From an uncultured Candidatus Rokubacteria bacterium (GTDB lineage: Bacteria; Methylomirabilota; Methylomirabilia; Rokubacteriales; CSP1-6), in NCBI GenBank assembly GCA_963762145.1, contig CAVXJS010000021.1, positions 416,001 through 480,000 on the forward strand: 64,000 bases of DNA, given 5' to 3'. Made by a program: the position numbers and the translations under genes. This document shows positions 24,601 through 34,335 of this stretch, piece after piece; within the stretch, counting starts at the first letter, position 1; each line of letters opens with the position of its first letter. The notes below the pieces were generated by a model, which was not told the DNA's origin, made no database searches, and saw nothing but the letters and a program-made list of their open reading frames with translations.

Positions 24601-26129
24601 TGCGCCATCTCCTTCGCGCGCGCCTTCAGACCCGTGCGGTCGATCTTGCCGGTGCCGCCGAGCGGCAGCGCGTCCAGGAACACGACCTTGCGGGGGTGCG
24701 CGTAGGGGGCGCCGCGCTCGAGGAAGAACTTCCGCACGTCGTCCTCCGTGGTCTTCCCCGCCTCGCGGGCCACGACGAAGGCGATCGGCACCTCGCCCTT
24801 CACGCCGTGGGGCGCGGGCACCACGCAGGCGTCTCGCAGGTTCGGATGCTGGAGCAGGATGTCCTCCACTTCCTTGGGGTAGACGTTCTCGCCCGCCACG
24901 TTGATCATGTCGTCGCGGCGCCCGACGAAGTAGTAGTAGCCGTCGGCGTCGCGGCGCATCAGGTCGCCGGTGTAGAGCCAGCCGCCGCGGAACTTCTTGG
25001 CCGTGGCCTCGGGCAGCTTCCAGTAGCCCTTGGCGAGCCCCGGGTTGCGGGTGACCAGCTCGCCCACCTCGTCCACGCCGACCTCGCGCTTGGCCTCGTC
25101 CACCAGCTTGACGTCGCAGCCCGGGAACGCGAGCCCGCACGAGTTGCGCTTCTTGAGCCCCCAGCGCGAGTTGACGATCGGGACCGGCCCGCCCTCGGTG
25201 AGCCCGTAGCTCTCGCCGATGGGGGCGCCGAAGACGCGGCGGAACTCGTCGAGCAGCTCCTCGGGCACCTCGGCCGAGCCGCACACCGCGTAGCGCACGC
25301 TGGAGACGTCGTGGCGGCCGAGCGCCTCCTTCTCGGCGAGGATCATCTTGTACATCGCGGGCACGCCGGTCAGGTACGTCACCTTGTAGCGGTCGATGGC
25401 GCGGATGACCTCGAGCGCGTCGAAGCCGGGCAGGATCACGAGCGAGCCGCCCGCGAGCAGGAACGGCTTCACCGCGCCCGCCATGGCGTTCTTGTGGTAG
25501 AGCGGCACCGCGATCAGCGCGCGCTCAGTGTCGTCGGCCAGCAGCGCCTTGCGCATGATGTCGGCGTTCCAGAGCTGCCCGCCGTGGGTCAGCAGCACGC
25601 CCTTGGGCTTGCCGGTGGAGCCCGACGTGTAGGGCTGCATGCACGTCTCGTCGAACGCGGTGGCGCGCCGGGCCAGCGTGGGCGCGGCGGCGGCCAGCAC
25701 GGTCTCGTAGGCCAGCGCGCCGGCGGCCGCGGGCCCGTCGGCGATCACGTGCTTGATCGCCGGGATCTGCGCCGCGAGCATCAGGCCGCGCTCGGCCAGC
25801 GCGGCGTTGGCGACCAGCACCGCGGCCTCGGAATCCTCCGCCACGTAGCGGAGCGCCTCGTCGCCCATGCGGATGTTGAGCGGCACCGCCACCGCCCCGA
25901 GCCGCATCGTGCCGAAGAGCGTCTCGAGGAAGCGGAAGTCGTTGTTGAAGAGCAGCGCGACGCGGGCGCCGGCCCCGACGCCGAGCGCGGCCAGGGCATT
26001 GGCCATCCGGTTGGCCCGGGCGTCCAGCTCGGCATAGGTCAGGACCGTATCGCCCTGGAAGACCGCCGGCTTGGACGGGGTCAGGGCCAGCGCGGTGTCG
26101 AAGATGTAGCCGAGGTTATCGGGGAGCAT
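24597..26129 (-). CDS. Class I adenylate-forming enzyme (acyl-CoA ligase)
   Basis: YTSGSTGKPKG, SYGLTE, TGD, GRRDDMI..GENVYP, TGKIDR. Confidence 0.92.
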   Translation of the reverse strand: MLPDNLGYIFDTALALTPSKPAVFQGDTVLTYAELDARANRMANALAALGVGAGARVALLFNNDFRFLETLFGTMRLGAVAVPLNIRMGDEALRYVAEDSEAAVLVANAALAERGLMLAAQIPAIKHVIADGPAAAGALAYETVLAAAAPTLARRATAFDETCMQPYTSGSTGKPKGVLLTHGGQLWNADIMRKALLADDTERALIAVPLYHKNAMAGAVKPFLLAGGSLVILPGFDALEVIRAIDRYKVTYLTGVPAMYKMILAEKEALGRHDVSSVRYAVCGSAEVPEELLDEFRRVFGAPIGESYGLTEGGPVPIVNSRWGLKKRNSCGLAFPGCDVKLVDEAKREVGVDEVGELVTRNPGLAKGYWKLPEATAKKFRGGWLYTGDLMRRDADGYYYFVGRRDDMINVAGENVYPKEVEDILLQHPNLRDACVVPAPHGVKGEVPIAFVVAREAGKTTEDDVRKFFLERGAPYAHPRKVVFLDALPLGGTGKIDRTGLKARAKEMAQ

Positions 26130-26178
26130 CCGGCCGATACTGCCCCGCCCGCCACCGGTCCGTCAAGGAGGCGGGCCG

Positions 26179-26955
26179 TCAGCGAGGGCCGTCGACGTAT
26201 TTGATGCGGCCCTTGAAGCCGGCGGTCCGCTGGAAGGCCGCGAGCACCAGCGGGATATCGGGTCGCTCGATCAGGAAGTTGGTGTCGATGCGCGTCCGGG
26301 ACTTCAGGCGAATCTCGAGGTTGCGGGCATCCTCGACCTTGTCGCCGATCATCGCCCGACGCTGCGACCAGACCCGGAGCTCGGCGACGTCCGCCGTCGG
26401 ATAGCGACGGGTGGTGAAGCTGAAGGAGTCGCTGTACTTGAACTCGGTCGGCCCGATCACGAGGAAGGTTTCGAACGCGGCCACGTTCACCAGGGTGGCG
26501 AGGGCCCCCCACATCCAGGCCAGCGGCCCCATCTGGCGGGCTCCGAGACGCAGTGGCCTGGCCATCCACGCGAGCGCCGGCCAGTCTGGACGCCCGCGCA
26601 CCACTCGGTGAAGGATCGACGGGGAGATCACGAGACCGACCAGGAACGCCGGGATCACGGCGAGGATGGGCAGATCGCTCATCCGATGGGAGAACAGGGC
26701 CGACGGGTCGGCGCCCGCCGCCGCGAGCAGACGGGTCTGCACGAACCAGAGGGGCGCGCCGACCAGCGCCACGATCAGGAAGCAGCCGAGGGCGTACGCC
26801 CGGTTCTCCCGCGGTGGCAGCGGGAACACCGGCGGCTCATTCGACTCCGGCGCCCGCGGCGCGATCAGGATCCGGACCATCCCGACCACCAGCAGAGGCA
26901 GAATGCACGCGACGACCGCCAGCATCAGCGGCACGCCCGCGCGGTCACCCCACAT
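26179..26955 (-). CDS. Hypothetical membrane protein
   Basis: About four hydrophobic segments plus a soluble C-terminus; co-oriented with and overlapping its neighbours. Confidence 0.6.
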   Translation of the reverse strand: MWGDRAGVPLMLAVVACILPLLVVGMVRILIAPRAPESNEPPVFPLPPRENRAYALGCFLIVALVGAPLWFVQTRLLAAAGADPSALFSHRMSDLPILAVIPAFLVGLVISPSILHRVVRGRPDWPALAWMARPLRLGARQMGPLAWMWGALATLVNVAAFETFLVIGPTEFKYSDSFSFTTRRYPTADVAELRVWSQRRAMIGDKVEDARNLEIRLKSRTRIDTNFLIERPDIPLVLAAFQRTAGFKGRIKYVDGPR

Positions 26956-27745
26956 GGCCCTGAACCGCCCACGCTCGCGCGGTCAGCTCGATGCGCTGCC
27001 CGTCGACCGGCGCGAGCCGCGCGTTCAGGTGCGCCCGGATCTGCTCCCGCGTGGCCTCGCTCACCGAGGCCAGGTAGGTCGGGGCCGAGCCCTGGCGGCC
27101 GAGGAACGGGGTCCAGTAGTCGTCGAAGTCCTGGAAGACGGCGGGGATCTCGAGGGCGCGGACCTGCACCGCGCGGAGGCCGGCGCCCTCGAACAGCGCG
27201 CGGAGCGGCTCGGGCTGGCAGATCGGGAACCGCTCCGCCTGGTCGAGCTTGGCGGCCCCCGGGCTCACCGCGATCACCGCGTCCCAGAAGTGCCGGATCA
27301 TCTGCATGCCGCCCGCGTAGTCCCATACGTACAGGCAGACACGGCCGCCCGGCTTCGTGACCCGCGCCATCTCGCGCGCCATCGCCGCGTGGTCGCGGAC
27401 GAAGTTGAGGACCAGGCCCGAGACGGTCAGGTCGAAGGCGCCCGCCTCCCACGGCAGGCGGGTCGCATCGCCCGTGACGAAACGCGCGCGAGGGTCGCGG
27501 ACGCGCTCTCGCGCCGCGGCCACGAACCCCTCGGACGTGTCCAGCCCTTCGATCGCGGCGGGCTCAGAACCGGCCAGGATCGTCGCCGCGAGGGCGCCGG
27601 TCCCGCAGCCGACGTCCGCCCAGGTGAGGCCCCGCGCGGGCGCGAGCCACCGCAGCAGCTCGACGGCCACCTGGCGGCTCCAGCGGCCGACGTACCGCTC
27701 GTAGGCGTCGCCGGATCCCCAGCTCTCCATCGGCGCGGCGGTCAT
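26945..27745 (-). CDS. Class I SAM-dependent methyltransferase
   Basis: AYERYVGRWS; DVGCGTGAL; GLVLNFV; YVWDYAGGMQ. Confidence 0.9.
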   Translation of the reverse strand: MTAAPMESWGSGDAYERYVGRWSRQVAVELLRWLAPARGLTWADVGCGTGALAATILAGSEPAAIEGLDTSEGFVAAARERVRDPRARFVTGDATRLPWEAGAFDLTVSGLVLNFVRDHAAMAREMARVTKPGGRVCLYVWDYAGGMQMIRHFWDAVIAVSPGAAKLDQAERFPICQPEPLRALFEGAGLRAVQVRALEIPAVFQDFDDYWTPFLGRQGSAPTYLASVSEATREQIRAHLNARLAPVDGQRIELTARAWAVQGHVG

Positions 27746-28719
27746 TCGATCACGTGCGCGGCCCGCACGAGAAGCGACTGCGGGATCGTCAGCCCGAGCG
27801 CGCGGGCGGCCTTGAGATTGATCATCAGCTCGAGCGTGGCCGGCTGCTCGATCGGCAGGTCCGCCGGCTTCGCGCCCTTGAGGAGGCGGTCCACGTAACC
27901 GGCCGCCCGTCGGAAGTTGTCGGGCACGGACGGGCCGTAGGCCATCAGGCCACCCGCCTCGCTGAAGTCCAGCTCCGCGTACATCGCGGGCAGCCGGTGA
28001 CGGGCCGCCACGGCCACGATGCGCTCGCGCTGGCTCCACAGATAGGCGTCGGCCAGCGCCAGCATCGCGTCCACGCGGCGCCGGCCGCCGCCGGCAAGCG
28101 CGCGCTCGATATCCGGTACGTCGCGGGCCTGGACGCTCTCGAGCTGGACGCCGAGGGCCCGGGCCGGCGCCTCGAGGCTCGTCACCTTGTGCATGTTCGC
28201 GTCGTTGCGGGGGTTCCAGACCACTGCCACCCGTGCCAGCGACGGCAGCGCCTCGCGCAACAGCTCGAGCCGCTTGCCGTCCAGCTCGACCCCGGTGGAG
28301 ATCAGGAACCCGGTCACGTTGCCGCCGGGCCGCGCCAGGCTCGCCACCACCCCCTGCTGCACCAGATCGATCGCGGCGGCGCCGATGACGATGGGAATCG
28401 TGCCGGTGGCGCGCCGGGCCGCGATGACCGCGGGACCGCCGTCGGTCACGATCACGTCCGGCGAGAGCGCCGCAAGCTCGGCGGCCAGCGCGGGCAGCCG
28501 GTCCATCGCCCCCTCGGCCGCCCGGACCTCGAGGCTGATCTGGCGGTAGCCGAGCGCCTGCATCTCCCGCCGGAAGGCCTCGACGTTCCGGGTGTGGACG
28601 ACGCTACTCGTCAGCCAGCCGATGCGCGGCGGCTTCGCGGACGCCTGGCCCATCACCCCGCCCGGCCGCACGACGAGGGCCGCCCCGAGCGTGGCCAGGA
28701 ACGCGCGGCGATGCGTCAT
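27742..28719 (-). CDS. Stand-alone ABC transporter substrate-binding protein (ABC_sub_bind/TrpX-like)
   Basis: RRAFLATLG; VASLARPGGNVTG; GKRLELLRE; GAKPADLPIEQP..INLKAARALGLTIPQSLL. Confidence 0.9.
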   Translation of the reverse strand: MTHRRAFLATLGAALVVRPGGVMGQASAKPPRIGWLTSSVVHTRNVEAFRREMQALGYRQISLEVRAAEGAMDRLPALAAELAALSPDVIVTDGGPAVIAARRATGTIPIVIGAAAIDLVQQGVVASLARPGGNVTGFLISTGVELDGKRLELLREALPSLARVAVVWNPRNDANMHKVTSLEAPARALGVQLESVQARDVPDIERALAGGGRRRVDAMLALADAYLWSQRERIVAVAARHRLPAMYAELDFSEAGGLMAYGPSVPDNFRRAAGYVDRLLKGAKPADLPIEQPATLELMINLKAARALGLTIPQSLLVRAAHVIE

Positions 28720-28727
28720 CCGTGGGC

Positions 28728-29198
28728 TCAGCGGGCCCGCGCCGCTTCCGTGATCTGCGCCGCGTGCTCCTCGGCGTGCTCGCCCACCCGCCGGGCCAGG
28801 AACACGATGGACATGGGGCCGAACGTCGGGTGGCGTCCCTCCCGCGACCAGTCCGCGTCCGGGAGGGTCTGGAGGAGGCGCGCGAGCTGCTCGTGCTCCG
28901 CGACGATCGTGGCCAGGAGGTCTCCGGCCGTCTCGCCCCGCGCGAGGCTGGCGGCGCGATAGCCCTCCTCGTCGAAGTCCGCGAAGACGGGCGCGTTCTC
29001 GTAGAAGAGCCGCCGCATCCGGAGCCCGTAGACGAAGACGATGACGTCGCGCAGGTGGGTCAGCGTCTCGAGCGCCGACCACTCCCCGGCCTTGGGCGTC
29101 ACGTCGAAGCGCGCCGGCGGCGCGGTCTCCACCGCGCGCCGCACCACGCCGGTCGACGACCGGATCCGCTCGATCAGCACACGATGCTCAGGGGTCAC
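28728..29198 (-). CDS. DinB-family protein
   Basis: GEWSALETLTHLRD..GRHPTFG..HAEEHAAQI. Confidence 0.82.
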   Translation of the reverse strand: MTPEHRVLIERIRSSTGVVRRAVETAPPARFDVTPKAGEWSALETLTHLRDVIVFVYGLRMRRLFYENAPVFADFDEEGYRAASLARGETAGDLLATIVAEHEQLARLLQTLPDADWSREGRHPTFGPMSIVFLARRVGEHAEEHAAQITEAARAR

Positions 29199-29656
29199 GA
29201 TTGGTTCTCCAGGCCCTTGGGGAATCGATCCGCCACGAGGCTGAGGCGCACGCCGTGCTCGAGCAGGGCCTTGAGCCCCGCGAGCACCAGCGTGAAGCCC
29301 TCCGTCGAGCCGACCGCCTGCGCGGCGACCGCCTCGGTGTCTCCCGTGAAGCCGGTGTTCGTGATGCTGACGAACGTCGTGCCGTCCGGCAGCGGCGTGA
29401 AGATCCACTCCACCGTGGTGGGCGCGCCCTCGCCCGGCCATTCGATGAGGATCCGCCGGTGCCGCTCGATCGCCTTGACGCTCACTTGCGCCGAGACACC
29501 GTGCATCTCCCACTCCCAGGTCACCTGCTTGCCCGGCTCCAGCCAGCCGCTGCCCCGGGTGAACCAGAACCGGGACGTGATGGCCGGATCGACGAACGCC
29601 TCGAACACCTCGGCGACGGGCTTCCGGATGAGCATCTCCGCCTTTGCGGTGATCAT
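29195..29656 (-). CDS. SRPBCC (YndB/AHSA1-like) family protein
   Basis: MLIRKPVAEVFEAFVDPAITSRFWF..GFTLVLAGLKALLEH. Confidence 0.9.
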   Translation of the reverse strand: MITAKAEMLIRKPVAEVFEAFVDPAITSRFWFTRGSGWLEPGKQVTWEWEMHGVSAQVSVKAIERHRRILIEWPGEGAPTTVEWIFTPLPDGTTFVSITNTGFTGDTEAVAAQAVGSTEGFTLVLAGLKALLEHGVRLSLVADRFPKGLENQS

Positions 29657-30200
29657 CGCTGGATTCTACCTTCGACCCGGGCCAGCTGCTCGGCGACCGC
29701 TCGGTCGCCTTCCAGCCGGAGCACGGGCCCCGGCAGCGCCTTGATCCAGGCTTCGTGAAGCGCGCGGCTGCGCATCTCGACGTCACCGGTGTCGTAGCGG
29801 CCGGCCCAGTCGAGGAACTCGACGGAGGCGCCGTGACAGCGCCCCGCCCGGCGCGATGGCCTCGCGGCCGTAACGTGCGGCCTCGCGCGCCCGCAGCCGG
29901 GCCAGCCGCACCTCCGTCGGCACCACGAGGAACACGGCCAGCTCGAACTCCGGGATCAGCGGGTCTCCCCAGCCGCACAGCGAGCCCGACAGCACCCATG
30001 ACGCGGACCCGGCCAGCTCGGACCGGAGCAGCGCCAGCCGGGCCTCGACCGGCCTCGGCTGCGTGTACGGCAGATCGGTCGGCAGCCAGTAGAAGTCATC
30101 GGTATCCAGGTGACGGTGCCCGTGCTTCGCGGCCAGCGCGAAGGCGAGCGTGCTCGTCCCGCTGCCCGAGGCTCCGAAGATGTGCACGCGCGCCGTTATC
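29653..30200 (-). CDS. P-loop adenylate kinase-like protein (frameshifted; start uncertain)
   Basis: VHIFGASGSGTSTL..LDTDDFYW..WVLSGSLCGWGD. Confidence 0.75.
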
Positions 30201-30219
30201 GTGGCGCGGACCCCTCGCG

Positions 30220-30780
30220 TCAACCGCCGGTGCGCCGGCCGCGGAACCACGTGAGGAGGCCGGCTGTGCTGTCGAGCCGCACGCCCTCGCGCTCGAGCGT
30301 CTCGTTCTGGGCCGCGATGATCTCGGGAGCGGACCGGTCGCCGTCGGGCCACGTGCTGTGGCCATCCTCGGCGAGCCGCACCGTATAGCCCAGCTCTAGC
30401 GCCCCTCGACAGGTCGCGGTGACGCAGCGCTCGGACTGGATGCCCGCGACGACGAGACTGCTCGCGCCGAGCCCCTGCAGGACCGCGCGCAGGTTCGTGC
30501 CCTCGAAGGCGTTCCGAGCGCGCTTCTGGACCAGGGGCTCCCTCCCGACCGGCGACAGGCGCGGCGCGATCGGCCACCCGGGCGCGCCCTCCGCGAAGGC
30601 TTCTCCCGCGTCGGCGCAGTGCTGCACGTGCACGACGGGCACGCCCGATGCCCGCGCCTCCTGCAGCAGAGCCTCCGTCTTCTGCAACAGGACGTCGGCC
30701 TGATGCGCCGGAGGAATCCCGCATCCGCCAAACGTCGCCTGCTGAAGATCGACGAGGAGCAGCACGGGCGCTTCACTCAT
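30220..30780 (-). CDS. Isochorismatase-family cysteine hydrolase
   Basis: LLLVDLQ; K..RNAF; VAGIQSERCV. Confidence 0.88.
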   Translation of the reverse strand: MSEAPVLLLVDLQQATFGGCGIPPAHQADVLLQKTEALLQEARASGVPVVHVQHCADAGEAFAEGAPGWPIAPRLSPVGREPLVQKRARNAFEGTNLRAVLQGLGASSLVVAGIQSERCVTATCRGALELGYTVRLAEDGHSTWPDGDRSAPEIIAAQNETLEREGVRLDSTAGLLTWFRGRRTGG

Positions 30781-31108
30781 CGGGCCGGCCGTAGGCGCGC
30801 TCGACGCGGCCGATCCGGATCATGTAGTGCGAGTACCAGATCTCGCGCCCCTTGCGCTTGGCCACCTGGTGCTCCGGATCCCGCGCCCACGCGTCGATCG
30901 CGGCCAGGTCCTTGAAGTAGACCGCGGCCACTCCGGTGCCGTCGCGATTGCGGGCGGCCTCGATGCCGAGATAGCCATCGTAGGTCGCCGCGCGCTCCAT
31001 GAGGCGCTGGAACATCTCGGTGTGCTCGGTGTGATCGACGTCCGCGTTGATCGAGGTGAACACGACCGCGTAGTACGGCGGCTTCGGCGTCTTCGAGATG
31101 TAGGGCAT
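30773..31108 (-). CDS. Antibiotic biosynthesis monooxygenase (ABM) family protein
   Basis: TPKPPYYAVVFTS..GYLGIE..EHQVAKRKGREIWY. Confidence 0.85.
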   Translation of the reverse strand: MPYISKTPKPPYYAVVFTSINADVDHTEHTEMFQRLMERAATYDGYLGIEAARNRDGTGVAAVYFKDLAAIDAWARDPEHQVAKRKGREIWYSHYMIRIGRVERAYGRPDE

Positions 31109-31131
31109 CGCGGCCTTCTCGCCCCGCGCGG

Positions 31132-31920
31132 CTACCGTCCTTGGAACTTCGGCGCGCGCTTCTCCTTGAAGGCCTGCACGCCTTCCCGGTGATCCTCGGT
31201 CTCGCGCACCACCGCCATGTGCGACGACACCAGGTCGAGGTGCGTGCGCAGGTCGAGCCGCATGGACTGGTAAACCAGCCGCTTGATCATTCGTACCGGC
31301 ACCTGCGGGCCGTCGGCGACGCGCCGGGCGAAGGCGTAGGTCTCCTCCGCGAGCTTGTCGTGGGGCACCACGCGGTTGACGATACCGAGCTCGAGCGCCC
31401 GCGGCGCCTCGATGAAGTCGGCGGTCCACAGCAGCTCGAGGGCGCGGGCGGTGCCGATGAGCCGCGGCAGGAAGTAAGTGTCGCCATCGCCCGGCACCAG
31501 GCCCACCCGGACGTAGCCGGTGGAGAATCGCGCCGCGTCGGAGGCGATGCGCATGTCGCACATGAGCGACATGCCCATGCCGGCGCCGACGGCCACCCCG
31601 TTGACCATGGCGATCACCGGCTTGTCCATCGCCTCGAGCATCCTCGGCACGTTGTGGATGTGCTCCCAGAGGCCGTTCTTGTTGTCGAGCGGGGTCGGGT
31701 CACCCGCGCCCATGCGGCCGACGTCACCGCCGGAGCAGAAGGCCTTGCCCGCGCCGGTCACGATGACCACGTTCACGTTGGGATCGTGCTGGGCCTCGCG
31801 CAGGGAGGCGGCCCAGCGCTCGATCATCGGCCCGGTGAACGCGTTCATCTTGTCCGGCCGGTTGAGGGTGATGGTCGCGATGCGGTCCTTCACCTCGTAG
31901 AGCAGCTCGCTGTCCGCCAT
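31132..31920 (-). CDS. Enoyl-CoA hydratase/isomerase
   Basis: ITLNRPDKMNA; AFCSGGD; KPVIAMVNGVAVGAG. Confidence 0.92.
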   Translation of the reverse strand: MADSELLYEVKDRIATITLNRPDKMNAFTGPMIERWAASLREAQHDPNVNVVIVTGAGKAFCSGGDVGRMGAGDPTPLDNKNGLWEHIHNVPRMLEAMDKPVIAMVNGVAVGAGMGMSLMCDMRIASDAARFSTGYVRVGLVPGDGDTYFLPRLIGTARALELLWTADFIEAPRALELGIVNRVVPHDKLAEETYAFARRVADGPQVPVRMIKRLVYQSMRLDLRTHLDLVSSHMAVVRETEDHREGVQAFKEKRAPKFQGR

Positions 31921-31946
31921 GGGCGTGTCCTCCGGGACGTGTGGGA

Positions 31947-32645
31947 TCAGGCGCGGAGCTTGCGGCCCCGCCAGGTCTTCAGGGAGTAGAGCGCCAGGAG
32001 CCCGGAGCCGAGCAGGACCACCGAGGTCGGCTCGGGCGTGGCGGTGATGTTATCGACGCCGAGGGATCCGGTGATGGCCTCGCTCTGGAGCGACGCGGCC
32101 ACGGCCTGATAGAGCTGGAGCTCCGCCGTGCTGTGCAGCACGGCGCTCACGCTCCCGATCGCGGGCGTGAGATCCGACGCCGAGATCGGGAACAATCCGG
32201 TCACCCAGTCGCCGCCGGTGGGAAGCAGGAAGGCCATCGTCGAGAACGCCGCGTTCGTGGGGGCCCCGCCGATCACATCGGACAGGAGCAGCCGGAGCGA
32301 GAGGTCGCTCGGGCCGAGGTTCCGCAGATCCATCCGGATGCCGGTGATGCCGGCGGCGGCGAAGTCGCCGGTCCACTGACGGATGTTGATCGCGCTCAGG
32401 CGGTTCCCGGGCCCGGCCCCGCTGACCGCGCTGATCAGCAGGAAGCTATCGCCCGCCCCGCCCGGCCCGCCCGTCGGGACATTCGCGGGCGGGCTCGGGT
32501 TGAGCAGGTCGAGCAGCGACACGCTCCAGCCGTTGGTGGATCCGTCCTGGAAGGTATCTTGCTGGCCGATCGAGAGCCCCCAGGCGAGCCCGGGCGCGAC
32601 GCCGATCAGGAGCAGCAGCACCATCAGTCGCAGCGCATGAGCCAT
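31947..32645 (-). CDS. PEP-CTERM sorting domain-containing exported protein
   Basis: N-terminal signal peptide; C-terminal TPEPTSVVLLGSGLLAL followed by a basic tail WRGRKLRA. Confidence 0.85.
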   Translation of the reverse strand: MAHALRLMVLLLLIGVAPGLAWGLSIGQQDTFQDGSTNGWSVSLLDLLNPSPPANVPTGGPGGAGDSFLLISAVSGAGPGNRLSAINIRQWTGDFAAAGITGIRMDLRNLGPSDLSLRLLLSDVIGGAPTNAAFSTMAFLLPTGGDWVTGLFPISASDLTPAIGSVSAVLHSTAELQLYQAVAASLQSEAITGSLGVDNITATPEPTSVVLLGSGLLALYSLKTWRGRKLRA

Positions 32646-32653
32646 CGATGCTC

Positions 32654-33849
32654 TCAGTCTTTGGGCAGGCCGAGCACGCGCTCGCCCAGGATATTGCGGA
32701 GGATCTCGGTGGTGCCCGCGCGGATGCCGCTGCCGCGGGCCAACAGACAGTAGAACTCCCATTCGCCCTCGTCCGGCGCCTGCGGGGCGCCCGGCATGAG
32801 CTGCGAGTAGGGGCCGATGATCTCGGTGGCGAGCTCGGCCAGCTCCTGGTCGAGCTGACTCCAGAAGAGCTTCGAGGTCGAGCCCTCGGGCCCGGGCGCG
32901 CCGCCGCGGAGGATCTTGGTCAGGCTGCGGTAGCCGTTGAGCTGGAGCACCCGCTCGCCGATGGACATGGCGGCGATCTTCTGGCGCACCACCGGGTCTT
33001 CCGACGCCGGGCGCCCCGTTCTTCATGGTGCGCCGGGCGAGCGAGAGCAGCTTGTGCAGCGCGGTGCGCAGGCTGATGTGGCGGATCATGGTGAGCACGT
33101 CGCGCTCGTAGGCCAGGGTGGTGAGCGCCACGCCCCAGCCCTCGTTCACCTTGCCCACCACGTTGGTGACGGGCACGCGCACGTTCTCGAGGAAGACCTC
33201 GTTGAACTCGGCCTCGCCGGTGATCTGGCGCAGCGGGCGGATGGTGAGGCCCGGGCTCTTCATGTCGACCAGCAGGAACGTGATGCCCTTGTGCTTGGCC
33301 GCGGTCGGGTCGGTGCGTACCAGGAAGAAGCCCCACGCGGCCACGTGGGCCATGCTCGTCCAGACCTTCTGGCCGTTCAGCACGTAGTGGTCGCCGTCCA
33401 GCACCGCGCGGGTCTGGAGGTTGGCCAGGTCGCTGCCCGCGTTCGGCTCGGAGAAGCCCTGGCACCAGATGTCCTCCGCGGTCAGGATGCGGTCGAGGTG
33501 CTGCGCGCGCTGGGCCGGGGTGCCGTGCTTCATCAGCGTGGGGCCCAGCATGCTGAGGCCGCTGCGGTTGAGCGGCTGCGGGCGCCCGCTGTGCGACAGC
33601 TCCTCGTAGAGGATGACCTGGTCCATGATGGAGGCGCCGCGGCCCCCGTACTCCGCCGGCCAGTCCATGCCCACGTAGCCCGCCTTGTGGAGCGCGCGCT
33701 GCCACTCGCGCAGGCGCTTGACCTCCTTCACGTCGGCGCGCGAGGAGGCGAAGCCGCGGCCCTTGAGATCGGCGGGCACGTTCTCGGCCAGCCAGGTCGC
33801 GGACCTCCTGGCGGAAGTCCTGCTGCTCCTGCGTGAAGTCGAAGTCCAT
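32654..33849 (-). CDS. Acyl-CoA dehydrogenase (two frameshifts)
   Basis: MDFDFT..; WCQGFSEPNAGSDLA; NGQKVWTS; IRAGTTEILRNILGERVLGLP. Confidence 0.9.
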
Positions 33850-33861
33850 TGCGCTCCTACT

Positions 33862-33898
33862 CCCCTCTCCCCTCAGGGGAGAGGGCCAGGGTGAGGGG
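33862..33898. repeat. REP-like palindrome, family A
   Basis: CCCTCTCCCC-TCA-GGGGAGAGGG-CCAGGGTGAGGGG. Confidence 0.88.
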
Positions 33899-33906
33899 CG
33901 GTCTCA

Positions 33907-34326
33907 TCACACGGTCCCCGCCGCATCGGGCCGGGTGACCACCCCGTTGATCCTCCACCCGTCCTCCCAGATCAGCTCGTACAGCGCCTCGACGGCCTGT
34001 CCGTTCGCGCCGCGGATCTTCACGGTGACGTACGCGAGGCCGGGCGAGTCCAGCTCCGTCTTCGTCACCGTCGCGAACGTCGAGCGCGCGATCTCCGGGT
34101 AGCCGCGGCGCACCATGGTCTCGAAGGCGGCGCGATCGAACTGCGCCCGGATCATCCCCGAGGCGAACGTGAAGGCGGCGTCGAAGTCGTCGCGGCGGAA
34201 CGCCTCGAGCTGCTTCACCACCGGCTCGGCGGCGCCCTTGGGGTCGGTCCGGTCCGCCTGCGCCCAGGCGACGGCGCAGAGCGGAAGCAGGACCAGCGCG
34301 AGGCCGAGTACGATCCGATTCATCAT
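33907..34326 (-). CDS. DUF4864-like exported protein
   Basis: Signal peptide; QLEAFRRDDFDAAFTFAS..FETMVRRGYP..WRINGV. Confidence 0.8.
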   Translation of the reverse strand: MMNRIVLGLALVLLPLCAVAWAQADRTDPKGAAEPVVKQLEAFRRDDFDAAFTFASGMIRAQFDRAAFETMVRRGYPEIARSTFATVTKTELDSPGLAYVTVKIRGANGQAVEALYELIWEDGWRINGVVTRPDAAGTV

Positions 34327-34335
34327 TCCTTTTCT

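Noticed and set aside
30190-30220. Non-canonical ATA start for the kinase-like gene
   Set aside because: A nearby GTG or a sequencing error explains it equally well; it cannot be supported from this sequence.
26179-31108. Classical integron cassette array
   Set aside because: No intI and no room for attC sites, because the genes overlap or abut.
31947-33779. Acyl-CoA dehydrogenase fused to a PEP-CTERM domain (610-aa ORF)
   Set aside because: An artefact of the frameshift near 33010. The true ACAD C-terminus is in another frame ending at 32654, and the PEP-CTERM gene has its own start and signal peptide.
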